The position numbers and the translations under genes are program-made. Below, piece by piece: positions 1 to 10,948 of a stretch of 64,000 nt of DNA (the first letter of the stretch is position 1; the number at the start of each line of letters is the position of its first letter). This DNA comes from an uncultured Nitrososphaerales archaeon (lineage in GTDB: Archaea > Thermoproteota > Nitrososphaeria > Nitrososphaerales > Nitrososphaeraceae), in contig CAVOHZ010000010.1 in NCBI GenBank assembly GCA_963695855.1, forward strand, positions 448,001 to 512,000, in the 5' to 3' direction. The notes beneath the pieces are model-generated. The model did not search any database and was not told where the DNA came from. It saw nothing but the letters and a program-made list of their open reading frames with translations.

Positions 1-362
1 GCAAGGTACCTCTTTAAACAGTCCTCCTGCAAAATATATGGACCCCGCCAAAAAATCAAATATCCAGAAAACAATAAGCTAAAAAAACCATTCGAACCAA
101 CCTTCACTACATAATCACGTGGTTTTCCTGTTATTGAAAAATGAATATCATTTAGTGAACCAGCTATTACTTTAACAGGTCTCTTTTCTGTTATGATACT
201 TAAAAACATTGCATTATTTAACTCTCCTATGAACTCCGTAAGAATTTGTAAATTTGCTTGATCTTGAATTTCCCCTTTTATAGAATTATATAATTTGTTT
301 ATGTCTGTATGAGGACCTTTGTAATGTTGAACTTTAACCTTCTTTTTATTGCTGTCCCTGTC
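1..362 (-). pseudogene. Possible degenerate hypothetical gene running off the window edge
   Basis: Stop-free frame of ~100 codons (DRDSNKKKVKVQHYKGPHTD...DIHFSITGKPRDYVVKVGS) with no start codon (TAA TAG at the 5' end) and a break near the poly-A run at ~81-87. Confidence 0.3.
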
Positions 363-528
363 CTATTAACACACTGCAAATAAGTACTTTTATTAAATAA
401 ACACGGCAGTATAACTAAATATGTGATGATAATATTATTTTCGTCTTCAAAAATTATATTTATTCTTTTATACGTAATAGAATCAAATTTCAGTAAATAT
501 TAAATATATCTTTGGTCATATAAAAATA

Positions 529-990
529 ATGTATAAACTTAATAATCGTTTAATACCAATCATCACATTATTAATTCTAGCGATCTTAGCCAATTTATCA
601 ACATCACCAGGAATGGCACAAACCACAGGTAATGAAACCAAAGAAAAAACTGAAGAAACTTCGCAAACAGAAAAACCGTTTTTTTTCTTATTTAATTCTG
701 AACTGCCTGCATTTAACGTGACAGAATTTCCACCAGATGTTTTCTCTCAAACAACATTAGAGGTCAATCAGGGAGATGAAGTCAAGATATTTATGTACAA
801 TCAGGAAGCGCCAAATGCCGATCGACACTCATTTACTATAAATGCACCATATAATATCAATTTAGACTTGGGACCAGGCAAAAATGGAAATGTAACTATT
901 AACGCAGATCAACCTGGAATTTATAGATTCTACTGCGAATATCATGAACCAACTATGAGTGGACAATTCGTTGTATTGCCTAAAGGATAG
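529..990 (+). CDS. Secreted cupredoxin-domain (blue copper-like) protein
   Basis: Signal peptide; HSF strand and C-terminal YCEYHEPTM type-1 Cu loop. Confidence 0.85.
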   Translation: MYKLNNRLIPIITLLILAILANLSTSPGMAQTTGNETKEKTEETSQTEKPFFFLFNSELPAFNVTEFPPDVFSQTTLEVNQGDEVKIFMYNQEAPNADRHSFTINAPYNINLDLGPGKNGNVTINADQPGIYRFYCEYHEPTMSGQFVVLPKG

Positions 991-1138
991 GTTGTGTCTG
1001 TAAGTTATTAGAGTTAATGGATAGAGTCAATTCCTTTCAGCAAGTAATAATTTTTTTAAAAAAATAAAATTACGATTATTTTTTATTAGTAAATAGAAAG
1101 ATAAATTTTTATAATAATCTTTTACAATACAAAATAAG

Positions 1139-1399
1139 ATGGAAAATACAAAAATTTTCTTAATGTTCGCAGGAATTTTTTCCTTGGGATTGCAGGGTTG
1201 CCTGTACACAGTAAATAATGCTTACGCTCAGGGAGAAACGGAAAAAGATTTCGAAAAAATTGCTGGAGACGAGAATATGCAAATCATAGAGAACAATACT
1301 GCAATTAGCAATCCAAATGACACGCTTTTAAATGCTGAAGAAGTCAACATTGAAGAAGATTGTATGACTTTACCAGATGGTAGCAAGGACTGTCCGTAA
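1139..1399 (+). CDS. Small secreted hypothetical protein
   Basis: Signal peptide ending AYA-Q; acidic body; terminal C-x8-C. Confidence 0.65.
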   Translation: MENTKIFLMFAGIFSLGLQGCLYTVNNAYAQGETEKDFEKIAGDENMQIIENNTAISNPNDTLLNAEEVNIEEDCMTLPDGSKDCP

Positions 1400-2117
1400 T
1401 TCATACAAGATTTTTATTTTTTGACAAGTCATCAAAATCTTAAATATTAAAGCTTAATTCAAAATTATCATCCCATAGACAACTATACTGTTTGGTAATG
1501 TACGACATGAACATAGTGTTCTTATTTCTTTCCATACGTTGTAAATAACATCCTGATTCTGTTATGCATGAATTTGTTCCTTCTATAATCCATCCACTTG
1601 CTGCATGATGTCTTCTCAGATACCTCCGTTTCTTCTTTCTCATGATAGTTTAATGTTCTACATACTTCGGTTGATCTGCTTTATGAATAGATAGATTCCG
1701 CTTTTTCTTCCTATCTTCTGTAGTTGATGGTTCTGATTTCATGATAACCAAATTTTTAACTGTATAAATTGAACATAATATCAAAAGTATTGACTAATCG
1801 TATAATCGCATACAGTCAAATACCCATCCTTATCTGCAATATCTCTCTTGGTTCCTAATTTACTCCTGTTAGTAGGATTATATTCAGATATTATCATAAA
1901 TGTGATTTTGTATATTCTTTCAAGACAATCCCATTCCGATTTGCTTCCCCTTTTATCATCGTAGATTTTTACAAATGTTTTTGATATTAATTTATAGCAT
2001 TAGCAAACTAGACAAGATTAGTTTTTCGGTCACTGAATTATTATTAACGTTATTAAATTGAATATTTCAACAACAAAAACAGCAGGATAATGATCTAATG
2101 ATGTTTTAAAAATATGT

Positions 2118-2432
2118 TTAGTCAACTGTCGTTTCTTCTGATGAAATTGGTACCGATGCAAAGAGGTCAAGTCCATTTGAAATCTCCTGAATATTGTCCG
2201 TTACATTAGATAAAAGATGTAATGCAGTTTCAATGTCACCGGATTGAATTGCTTGAATAGTTTGATTCACATTAATACCAGTACTATTGATCAATTCTGA
2301 CAGTTTCAGATACATACCTGCTTTTGGAGGGTTTTCAAAAAAAGGATCATATGCAAAAGCGTTATCAAATAAAGAAGAAGTGAGAATGGATAAGAAAGAA
2401 GCATTGATCAAAAGTTTTACACCTAATTTCAT
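2118..2432 (-). CDS. Secreted hypothetical protein
   Basis: Signal peptide ending AFA; helical mature region; TATA upstream. Confidence 0.65.
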   Translation of the reverse strand: MKLGVKLLINASFLSILTSSLFDNAFAYDPFFENPPKAGMYLKLSELINSTGINVNQTIQAIQSGDIETALHLLSNVTDNIQEISNGLDLFASVPISSEETTVD

Positions 2433-2948
2433 ATAGTCTGTTCATTCAATAATTATATAAACATTTTTAGAAGTATAATATTACCTTTATACTTGTCATA
2501 ATGCAATATCTGTATGTAACTAATTATAAGAACATTTCTTATCCGATTTAGTTGATGGAAATTATGTAAAAAGTCATATTTTTAATATACACCTTGAAGT
2601 ACTACTTAGATTCTTGATCATGTAAATATAAGAGATTGTTTTATAGAATCAAAGTATTATACAGATACTGGTTCTAAAATTCAGATTAAAAAATATACCT
2701 ATGACAAATATGCTAAAAGATAGGAATAAATAGATTATTAACTGGATTGCTTCACAAACTGAGACGGAAACCCTCCCTGCTATAAGATCCATTTTGACAT
2801 CATTAATAGAATAAAAAGATGAGGAATAGAATCGCCTTACGAAAAATTTCCTTGAAGGTGCAAATACATACTAAAATAGAGACTTTTGATATATCAATAG
2901 ACTAGGATAAAGAAAATTTATATAATTTAGGTTATAATTAACCATTAG

Positions 2949-3356
2949 ATGCTTTTACCTGCAGAAATTGAAGCGAAGTCACTGATTCCAGCGATTAGAG
3001 CTATTCTTGCCAAAAAATTAATCACTGAATACAAAATGAAAGAAGAAGTTGTTGCTAAGGTATTAGGAGTAACCCAAGCAGCAATAAGCAACTACATAAG
3101 GGGAACAAGGGGTGACTTGGAACTAATAGATAAATTATCATCTATTCACGAGATAGTGAGAAAGGTAGATGATATCGCCCAAGACTTGGTATCAAATAGA
3201 GCATATACTCCAGGCACAATGGCAAAATTCGTAGAGCTTTGTAATTTCATGAGGTACTCTTTTATTATTTGCGATGTTCATCACAAGATAGAATCAAATA
3301 TAGATGAGCAGGTATGCGAGCTATGTAAAGATAATTTAATTGGAAGCAAGTTTTGA
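2949..3356 (+). CDS. HTH transcriptional regulator (COG2522-like, resembling the ThiR N-terminal domain)
   Basis: LPAEIE..IPAIRAILAK..VAKVLGVTQAAISNY HTH; C-terminal CxxH..CxxC. Confidence 0.8.
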   Translation: MLLPAEIEAKSLIPAIRAILAKKLITEYKMKEEVVAKVLGVTQAAISNYIRGTRGDLELIDKLSSIHEIVRKVDDIAQDLVSNRAYTPGTMAKFVELCNFMRYSFIICDVHHKIESNIDEQVCELCKDNLIGSKF

Positions 3357-3398
3357 CTGATAAATTTTAAAATGATAAAAAATAAAATTTAAGTAAAA

Positions 3399-4688
3399 TT
3401 ATTTTACCATTTTGATAGCCATATCCAATATTTCTGATCCCATTAACGTACCTAGATTTCCTTTTTTAGCAAAAAATTCAGTGAATCTCTTGCTGCCATC
3501 TTTCGGAATTTGGTTACCAGATATCAAGAGCGGAACAGGGTCATCACTATGACTTTTTTTAACACAAGGAGTTGAATGGTCTCCCGAAACCATGATAATG
3601 GCGTCATCGACATTCAATTCAGCAATTAAAGTTCCAAAGAAATTTTCATCAATTTTTTCTATGTTCTTTTGTTTTCCAATAGCGTCACCATCATGACCAA
3701 ACTCATCAGGTCCCTTTATGTGCACATATATCACATTATACTTGTTCAATTTCTCGGCAGTAACCTTTGCTTTTGTAATATAGTCATTAACATCCCCTGC
3801 ACGAATTGAATCCATTTTTAATATTTTTGATATTCCTATTTCAACGGGCATATCAACAATAGATGCAACATCGAGATCATATTTCTTATTTATAGGCACA
3901 TAATTTGGCAATTCGTTACCTGCATCTCTGACTAAAATACAATTCATAGGATTCAAATCTCTTTGGATTCTAGAAAGATTTATGGGATGATTTTTTGTTA
4001 AGGAAATAACTTGGTTTGTAAAATCATTAACCAGATCTGCTGAAATTCTTGAGGATGCATCATTATTTTGTGGTTCAGATTTCAGAACATGCACCTCTGC
4101 AATATCTGTTTTAGCAATTCCAATACCATTTACTTTATCATACGCAGGATCGGTATTAGTTATTTGATCAGAAAGTTTTGTCTTTTTGTGCCTAAATCTT
4201 ATGGTAACTCTATGAGCAATGGTAGGAACAACAACAACGGAAGCATCTGGATCCTGAAAAGAAATTTTTTTGTTAAGTGTTTCACAGATCGATCTGGCTT
4301 CTTCATCCCTGATAATACGTCCTGCACGTCTATCTACAATTTTCAACCCGTTGTCAACTGTTGCAAAATTCCCTCTTAATGCTAAATCTCCCTTCTGAAA
4401 ATCTATGCCACATCCAATAGATTCTACAACTCCTCGCCCGACATAAGGAGTATTCCGAAAATTATATCCTAACATGTTAAATACTGCTATGTCTGATTGA
4501 GGAGCTATTCCCTTACCCACCGTAATTACTTGCCCCATACTACCATTACTTGCAATCTTATCTAGATTAGGAGTATATGCTGCAGCCAGAGGAGTCAAGT
4601 TATCAAGAGATTCATGAGGAAGATCACCAATTCCATCCAAAATTACGTAGACTATTCTAACTGAATTCTTGCTATTTTTTACTTTCAC
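3399..4688 (-). CDS. apgM: 2,3-bisphosphoglycerate-independent phosphoglycerate mutase (archaeal)
   Basis: ILDGIGD, TPLAAAYTPNLD, DRRAGRI, DEFGHDGD, GDHSTP, HSDDPVP motifs. Confidence 0.92.
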   Translation of the reverse strand: MKVKNSKNSVRIVYVILDGIGDLPHESLDNLTPLAAAYTPNLDKIASNGSMGQVITVGKGIAPQSDIAVFNMLGYNFRNTPYVGRGVVESIGCGIDFQKGDLALRGNFATVDNGLKIVDRRAGRIIRDEEARSICETLNKKISFQDPDASVVVVPTIAHRVTIRFRHKKTKLSDQITNTDPAYDKVNGIGIAKTDIAEVHVLKSEPQNNDASSRISADLVNDFTNQVISLTKNHPINLSRIQRDLNPMNCILVRDAGNELPNYVPINKKYDLDVASIVDMPVEIGISKILKMDSIRAGDVNDYITKAKVTAEKLNKYNVIYVHIKGPDEFGHDGDAIGKQKNIEKIDENFFGTLIAELNVDDAIIMVSGDHSTPCVKKSHSDDPVPLLISGNQIPKDGSKRFTEFFAKKGNLGTLMGSEILDMAIKMVK

Positions 4689-4765
4689 AAGAAAAAAGAT
4701 ATTTTAACTAAATTTATTTTTATTTAATAAAAAAATAAAATTATAGCTAAAAAAGGGATTTAAAA

Positions 4766-4984
4766 TTAAGTTTTGTCTTTCGTTCCACCTTTTTTCCAAA
4801 CTTGTATTTGTCCTCCATAAACCTCATCGGCATATACAAATGAAGGAATCTGTGCGTAATATCCTTCTCTACCAGTACTAAAAGTCTTTCTAACTAGGGG
4901 AATTTCATAATTTTTTCCATCAGGCATCAATAATGTCGCGATAGCGAACTTTCTTTCTTTGGTACCTTTGAGATCTTCTGTCAT
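4766..4984 (-). CDS. Small hypothetical protein
   Basis: Clean 72-aa ORF with protein-like composition and an upstream TATA. Confidence 0.7.
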   Translation of the reverse strand: MTEDLKGTKERKFAIATLLMPDGKNYEIPLVRKTFSTGREGYYAQIPSFVYADEVYGGQIQVWKKGGTKDKT

Positions 4985-5668
4985 ACTAATTATCTTATTG
5001 ACAAGCTGAAATATAAAAATAATATTAATCAGAATAATCTTAATGTTATAGTAAATGTAATGAATCGCAAGAAAATGAGTAGCTGATTACTCAATATAAA
5101 TTGAATTTGTAATGAAAAGATTTGATGACTCCTTTGAAGTTATTAATCAAAGATAGTTAATATTTAGATTTATTTGGATCACGAAATGTTAAAAACATCA
5201 AAAAACATAGCTAAATAATATTTTAAAAGTAATAAAAGAATCGATGACTAGATAATTTCATTAATCCTATTTTATCTAGTTAATTTAAATGACAAATATA
5301 ATATAATATAATATCTTACGATCATGAAATGAAAATTTTTAATTGTATTATAGTTTTGTGTTATAATATTATTACTCATTTACACCAACCAAACACATTC
5401 CCTTATAATGATCTTTAACAAAATTGAATGAAAATAAAGAAAGAGCAAAATTGAATAAATTATACTAGAATGATATTATTTTAAGAAAAGAATTTTATTC
5501 GGTGATTTCGGCAATAATCAAAAAAGTAATTGATATTTAATCCGCAAATAACTTGATAGAACAATACCAAAGTCTCAAATTTTGGTAGATTAAATCCCAT
5601 GTTATTGAATTTTATAAAATTGTATAATTTAAAACAATTTTATATATTACAGATATGAAATCAATTAG

Positions 5669-6562
5669 ATGGATTTTTTAGAATGCTATAGAAAGGCTGG
5701 AAAGATAGCGAGTACAGTTAGAGAAAATGCTAGGGAGAAAAACCACATTGGCTCAACTATGTTTAAAATCTGTGAAGAAATAGAAATAGAAATAAGGAAA
5801 GAAGGAGCAGAGCCCGCATTTCCAGTCAATGTTAGTCTAAATGAAATTGCTGCACATTATACGGCAGAACCCAACGATCCCACTCTGGTAAAAGATGGTG
5901 ATATTTTAAAAATAGACATAGGAGTTCATGTTGATGGATATATAGCTGATACTGCTGTAACTGTTTGTTACAATCCAGAATTTGGATCTTTGGTAAGAGC
6001 CTCAGAAATCGCATTAAATGAGGCGTTAAAAATAGCCAAAACTGGTGTCAAGTCGTCTGATATTGGAAAGGTAATCGAAAGTAGCATCATAAAAGGTGGA
6101 TTTATACCCATAAAGAACTTGAGCGGTCATTCATTAGAACAATACACAATTCATGCTGGAAAATCAATTCCCAATATCGATACATTTGGTTCTTTTCGAT
6201 TAGAAACTAACCACATCTATGCAATAGAACCCTTTGTAACTGTCAAGAATGGATTAGGGATAGTACATGAGGGAAAAATCGCAAATATTTTTGCAATAGT
6301 GTCAAGAAAACCTACAAAAGAGAAGGAGACTGACGAGTTTTTAAACGAATTATGGAATAGATTTAGATCATTGCCTTTCGCTTTGAGGTGGTTACTTGAT
6401 TCTCATGAAGAGAAGGAAGCAAGAGAGTTACTGGAAAAACTGAAAAAAAGGAAAAATGTTCATGCATATCCAGTTTTAATAGAGGGTAAAGGAATGACAG
6501 TGGCTCAATCTGAACACACCATAATACCTATTGAGAATATTGTTGAAGTCATTACTGCATGA
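5669..6562 (+). CDS. map: Methionine aminopeptidase type II
   Basis: AAHYT, KIDIGVHVDGYIADTA, LSGH, HAGK, AIEPF, EHT metal ligands. Confidence 0.95.
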   Translation: MDFLECYRKAGKIASTVRENAREKNHIGSTMFKICEEIEIEIRKEGAEPAFPVNVSLNEIAAHYTAEPNDPTLVKDGDILKIDIGVHVDGYIADTAVTVCYNPEFGSLVRASEIALNEALKIAKTGVKSSDIGKVIESSIIKGGFIPIKNLSGHSLEQYTIHAGKSIPNIDTFGSFRLETNHIYAIEPFVTVKNGLGIVHEGKIANIFAIVSRKPTKEKETDEFLNELWNRFRSLPFALRWLLDSHEEKEARELLEKLKKRKNVHAYPVLIEGKGMTVAQSEHTIIPIENIVEVITA

Positions 6563-6658
6563 TTCTATGGTCTAATTTTAAAACTACAATAGTTTAAAAG
6601 AAAACTTCCGAAGCTTAAAATTATATACTAAAAAAAACATTATTTAATCGTAAAATAA

Positions 6659-6732
6659 GGGGTCGTTGTCTAGCTTGGTATGATGCCAGCCTTGGGCGCT
6701 GGAGTTCGCCGGTTCAAATCCGGCCGACCCCA
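6659..6732 (+). tRNA. tRNA-Pro(TGG), intronless
   Basis: Acceptor stem GGGGTCG/CGACCCC+A; anticodon arm CCAGC-CTTGGGC-GCTGG; T arm GCCGG-TTCAAAT-CCGGC. Confidence 0.97.
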
Positions 6733-7088
6733 TTGATTCTTTGGATCAAAGCAAATTCGAATTTTTTTGAAGAATATGAACACCGTATATGTACTTAATA
6801 CTTAGTAACAAATAATTAGTGATTATAATCTCATAGCTTATCTTTAGTATGTCTTCCTAATGGATGCAAATTTGTTTCTGCTAAAACTGGTAAAAGTACT
6901 AACATATGAATAATAAAAAGATTAGACGATACATATGATCCGGAAAGACCTTAATTTAAAACATGTGAATAATTCATACATTATACTAACAACAAAAAAT
7001 TGCTTTTACTTTGGAATTCCTCGAATCCGTCAGCCTTGTACAATAAGCAAAGAAGCCTAACACATCTTGTGGGTTGACTGAAATAGAG

Positions 7089-7557
7089 TAAGACTTAAGA
7101 GATGTCTTATTTTAAATATCCATACAAAGCAGGTTTATTGATTATTGCAGAGAGACAGAATTTATTTAATGATAGACATTTTAACAAAATTAACTGAATT
7201 TGGAGAAATAAACCAATCTTCTCTTTTGCTTTATTGTAGATTAAATTTAACTAAACATAAAGAAATTTTTGATGAGTTAGAAGAAAATAAATTTATTGAA
7301 AGAACAGAGTCTTTTTTAGGAAAAAAGCTCATTATCACTTATAAAATAACTATAGAAGGACTAGAATTTTACAAGAAAATCTTAGAACCATATGAAAAAT
7401 TTTTCCCAAGAAGATAACTCTGAATAAGATAATTATAAAGAACGAGGATTAATCAAAACTCATGATTGTTGTTCTTTCCCATCGGCATCATCTATTTCCA
7501 TTTTGAATTTTTTTGCTATGTATTTATTAGAGATCATCTTTATCCTTTTTGAATGAT
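7089..7557 (+). repeat. Direct repeat copy 1 (~469 bp); copy 2 at 8588-9055
   Basis: Near-identical sequence including promoter, wHTH gene and the 3' end of the convergent membrane gene; one SNP and one 1-bp indel seen. Confidence 0.95.
7145..7417 (+). CDS. Winged-HTH transcriptional regulator (COG3432/HTH_45-like), copy 1
   Basis: RDRIYLMIDIL...LEENKFIE...YKITIEGLEF wHTH pattern; TTG start. Confidence 0.8.
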   Translation: MQRDRIYLMIDILTKLTEFGEINQSSLLLYCRLNLTKHKEIFDELEENKFIERTESFLGKKLIITYKITIEGLEFYKKILEPYEKFFPRR

Positions 7558-7856
7558 TTGTATTTCTTATGCCATGAACCTATTTGCCTAAATTGCAAAA
7601 TTCCAGTGACAAATAGTATTGATGATATTATTATAACAGAAGACAGTAAAACAGCTAGCCCTAATCCAAAATCACTTTCTGATTCTAAAATCCTGAAGAA
7701 TGATGGATGACTGAATAAGAATATTGCCAGCATAATTGCAATAGGGGTAAGAATAACTGATGAAATTGAGACTCCTATAAGGAATTTTCTTATTTTATCT
7801 ATTTGTTCAATAAAACTATCTAAAAGGGTTAGTGTATTAGTTCTGTCAGGATCCAT
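7527..7856 (-). CDS. Two-TM membrane protein, C-terminus truncated by a 1-bp insertion
   Basis: Two hydrophobic helices; the duplicated 3' end near 9030 lacks the extra base and continues DDLNKYIAKKFKMEIDDADGKEQQS*. Confidence 0.7.
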   Translation of the reverse strand: MDPDRTNTLTLLDSFIEQIDKIRKFLIGVSISSVILTPIAIMLAIFLFSHPSFFRILESESDFGLGLAVLLSSVIIISSILFVTGILQFRQIGSWHKKYKSFKKDKDDL

Positions 7857-7915
7857 CTACAAATCACTTTTATTGTTATTGTTCAATATTTATCTCTCTT
7901 TTTATTTTATTTACT

Positions 7916-8425
7916 CTATTTTGCATGTACTATGATTTTGCCTTTCATTTCTGGATGAATACTACAATAATAATCAAATGTTCCAGTTTTGTTTGCACTG
8001 AAAGTTACAGTTTGACTCTGGAAATATCCTAAATCTCCTGTATGAACGTTAAATTCATCAATGTTTAGATTATGTTTAGAATGTTTCACTGAATCTTCAT
8101 TAATTAAATGCATTGATAATGAATTACCTTGAGTAAGAGTAATTGTAGGATTATGACCAAATCTTCCTGCACCACTATTTAATGATTTAGCTGTCCCTGT
8201 AGATTGACTGGTAAATAAGTAGCCTGTATTTTGGGAATACATCGCTTTAAGGAAAATGTTTCTGGGTGGAGAAGATAAAAAAATGCCATTAGAAGTTTTC
8301 AAGGCATTTATCCCTCCATAAATGATTAAACCTCCTATAGTAAATAAAATTCCTAAAATAATAATTCTTTTTTTAGATAAATTTATAGTATTTTTTTTAT
8401 TAATTGTCTTATTTCTTTTATTCAT
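7916..8425 (-). CDS. Membrane-anchored cupredoxin-domain protein
   Basis: N-terminal TM; HNL strand; YYCSIHPEM Cu loop. Confidence 0.85.
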   Translation of the reverse strand: MNKRNKTINKKNTINLSKKRIIILGILFTIGGLIIYGGINALKTSNGIFLSSPPRNIFLKAMYSQNTGYLFTSQSTGTAKSLNSGAGRFGHNPTITLTQGNSLSMHLINEDSVKHSKHNLNIDEFNVHTGDLGYFQSQTVTFSANKTGTFDYYCSIHPEMKGKIIVHAK

Positions 8426-8429
8426 AAAT

Positions 8430-8581
8430 GAAATAATTCTGTTATGTATTTAAAGAAGACTGAACAATGTTAATAGATATTTATTATATTTTTATGTATT
8501 GATATAATACGAAATAACTCTGTTATGTATTTAAAGAAGACTGAACAATGTTAATAGATATTTATTATATTTTTATGTATT
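8430..8581. repeat. Tandem duplication (2 x ~71 bp, 81-bp period) of the cupredoxin promoter
   Basis: GAAATAAyTCTGTTATGTATTTAAAGAAGACTGAACAATGTTAATAG... at 8430 and 8511. Confidence 0.95.
8460..8474 (-). promoter_or_regulatory. GTTAAC-N3-GTTAAC-type box upstream of TATA (second copy 8541-8555)
   Basis: Coding strand ATTAAC-ATT-GTTCAG-tcttc-TTTAAATA; TATA 29 bp before the ATG at 8425. Confidence 0.7.
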
Positions 8582-8587
8582 AGTTAA

Positions 8588-9055
8588 TAAGACTTAAGAG
8601 ATGTCTTATTTTAAATATCCATACGAAGCAGGTTTATTGATTATTGCAGAGAGACAGAATTTATTTAATGATAGACATTTTAACAAAATTAACTGAATTT
8701 GGAGAAATAAACCAATCTTCTCTTTTGCTTTATTGTAGATTAAATTTAACTAAACATAAAGAAATTTTTGATGAGTTAGAAGAAAATAAATTTATTGAAA
8801 GAACAGAGTCTTTTTTAGGAAAAAAGCTCATTATCACTTATAAAATAACTATAGAAGGACTAGAATTTTACAAGAAAATCTTAGAACCATATGAAAAATT
8901 TTTCCCAAGAAGATAACTCTGAATAAGATAATTATAAAGAACGAGGATTAATCAAAACTCATGATTGTTGTTCTTTCCCATCGGCATCATCTATTTCCAT
9001 TTTGAATTTTTTTGCTATGTATTTATTAAGATCATCTTTATCCTTTTTGAATGAT
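8588..9055 (+). repeat. Direct repeat copy 2
   Basis: Matches 7089-7557; ends just before the IS remnant. Confidence 0.95.
8644..8916 (+). CDS. Winged-HTH transcriptional regulator, copy 2 (identical protein)
   Basis: Translation identical to 7145-7417. Confidence 0.8.
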   Translation: MQRDRIYLMIDILTKLTEFGEINQSSLLLYCRLNLTKHKEIFDELEENKFIERTESFLGKKLIITYKITIEGLEFYKKILEPYEKFFPRR

Positions 9056-9149
9056 GTATTTGCAAGAGAGTAGTTTGAGTACTCCCCTTATCGATTTGTC
9101 TATATTTAAAAAGGCTCTATTTAATTAAGCAAAATTTGGGAGAAATATT

Positions 9150-10192
9150 AAAAACTCACCAAAATTGGCCACAGTAACGATATTGATTTTCTAAATCCTC
9201 TGCTTGTATGATGATACGTTGTCTGTTCTGATGACCAGATCTTGTGGTATTATGTTCTTGTGTGTTACCAGAGCATTTTCTATCGATATTATAGCGTTCT
9301 CTTTTACTACAGACAGATCAAAACAGTAATCAATCCATTCCATTGTGAATAAATCAAATACATTGAATAGGTAAACCCATCTATCAATACCACAGTGTAG
9401 GAAGGTATGATCTACTTCCCATACCTGGTTTGGTTGCCTACTCTTACATAGGATCCTTTTGATCGTATAATTTCCTTCTTACTTTTAGATGATGTAATAT
9501 AACCCGTCTTTCTGAAGATTCTCTGTATCCTCTTTCTGTCGATTGGTCTACCTAATAGTGTGTCAAAATTGCATTATAGCTATTCTTCTTGTATCATAAT
9601 AAGTTGGTCTTGGTAGTGCTGCAGTGACTGCAGCGACTCGCGCAATATGATTTGTATGATATTTCTTCTGTTCGCTGTGCCGATTGTTGTTGTAGTACGT
9701 ATTTTTACTACAACCAGAATATGTCAGTGTCTTTAAGACCCATCGTACCGTTGTTTAATATTGTTCTGATCACTGCTAACCTTTTCTTCCTGTTTCTAAC
9801 GTTTCTTTAAATGCATCTATTGCTATTGTCTGTTCACCAATAATCTTCTTTAGTCTCTCAATCTCTCTGCTTCTTTGTTATTTTTTATTCGTATTGTATT
9901 TATTGCAAGCTGAAAGTGCCATCCTACCACAATCTATGAATTTCTGTTTCCAGTTGTAGAACACGTCTCGAATGAGATTCTATTTTCTTCACAATTCAGC
10001 TACCGTGATATTTGTAGTCAATGATTCCATTACAATCCCTGTCTTGTCTTCTGGTGTACATCTTCCAGTAATATTCTCTTTCTTTATCTTTAACACCCTG
10101 CACCTGCATGACCTCATTCTATACTTGTTATAATGATAGGAGTAAAAGAGTGTCCATTACAAGATGTTCTCATTTTCAATGGGTCCAGACTA
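9150..10192 (-). mobile_element. Degenerate IS3-like insertion sequence (orfA/orfB remnants)
   Basis: Broken frames give orfA-like TPEDKTGIVMESLTTNITVAEL..FYNWKQKF..EIERLKKIIGEQTI and orfB-like RKRIQRIFRK..QPNQVWEVDHTFLHCGIDRWVYLFNVFD; many stops; boundaries approximate. Confidence 0.75.
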
Positions 10193-10948
10193 ATTTTTTA
10201 TTATCAAGAGTGTATTTGAAAGATCGATTCAATGGACTATCATGTTTTTCATTTTCTATTACATTCTTTGCTTCAAAATATTCTAACCTTTTTTGATCTC
10301 ATCACAGTCATAACCAATATAAGTCAAATTTTTTTGATATGTATGTTCCCTCAAAATTTTGGTGTCTCGATTCAAATTTAGCAACAAATATATCAATATT
10401 ATTTAGTTCAACAAAAAGAGTAATAATATCAATTATTCGTAAATAGACTTTGTATTTCTAGTACTAATTACTTCAACGTAATTTTAACTTGAAAGATAGA
10501 ATATCTGTTATCTCAATTACAATATATTATACAGTTTCCATATCTTTGCTAAAACGATATCCTGAGATTGAAAAACAATGTGACTTTTTTATTCTTATGT
10601 TGATTATGATCTGGTTATAAACAACATAATAAATATCATTTAAATTTATATTTAAAAAATAGTATAAGTTAATAGGTAAAAATTGTATTATCATGTATTC
10701 TATGATACAGAAAAATAATCTAAATGGGTATAATATTTAGCTTCCACTAAGTTAGTCAAAAATCTATTAGTAATAACTTCATAGCAATTAAGTATATGTT
10801 AAGATAACACCAATAAAAAAAGTCATCAGATGAATACTAGTTTCTTGAATTACCCTCATTTTTGATATTTATAATTATTTGTAATCATGTCAATTTATTT
10901 TCAGTCTAATTTCTTTCAAATAATTAAACCTACTAAAATAAATATAAA

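Noticed and set aside
1440-1743. Minus-strand ORF(s) as a real gene
   Set aside because: In-frame stop and no recognisable motif; probably a relic
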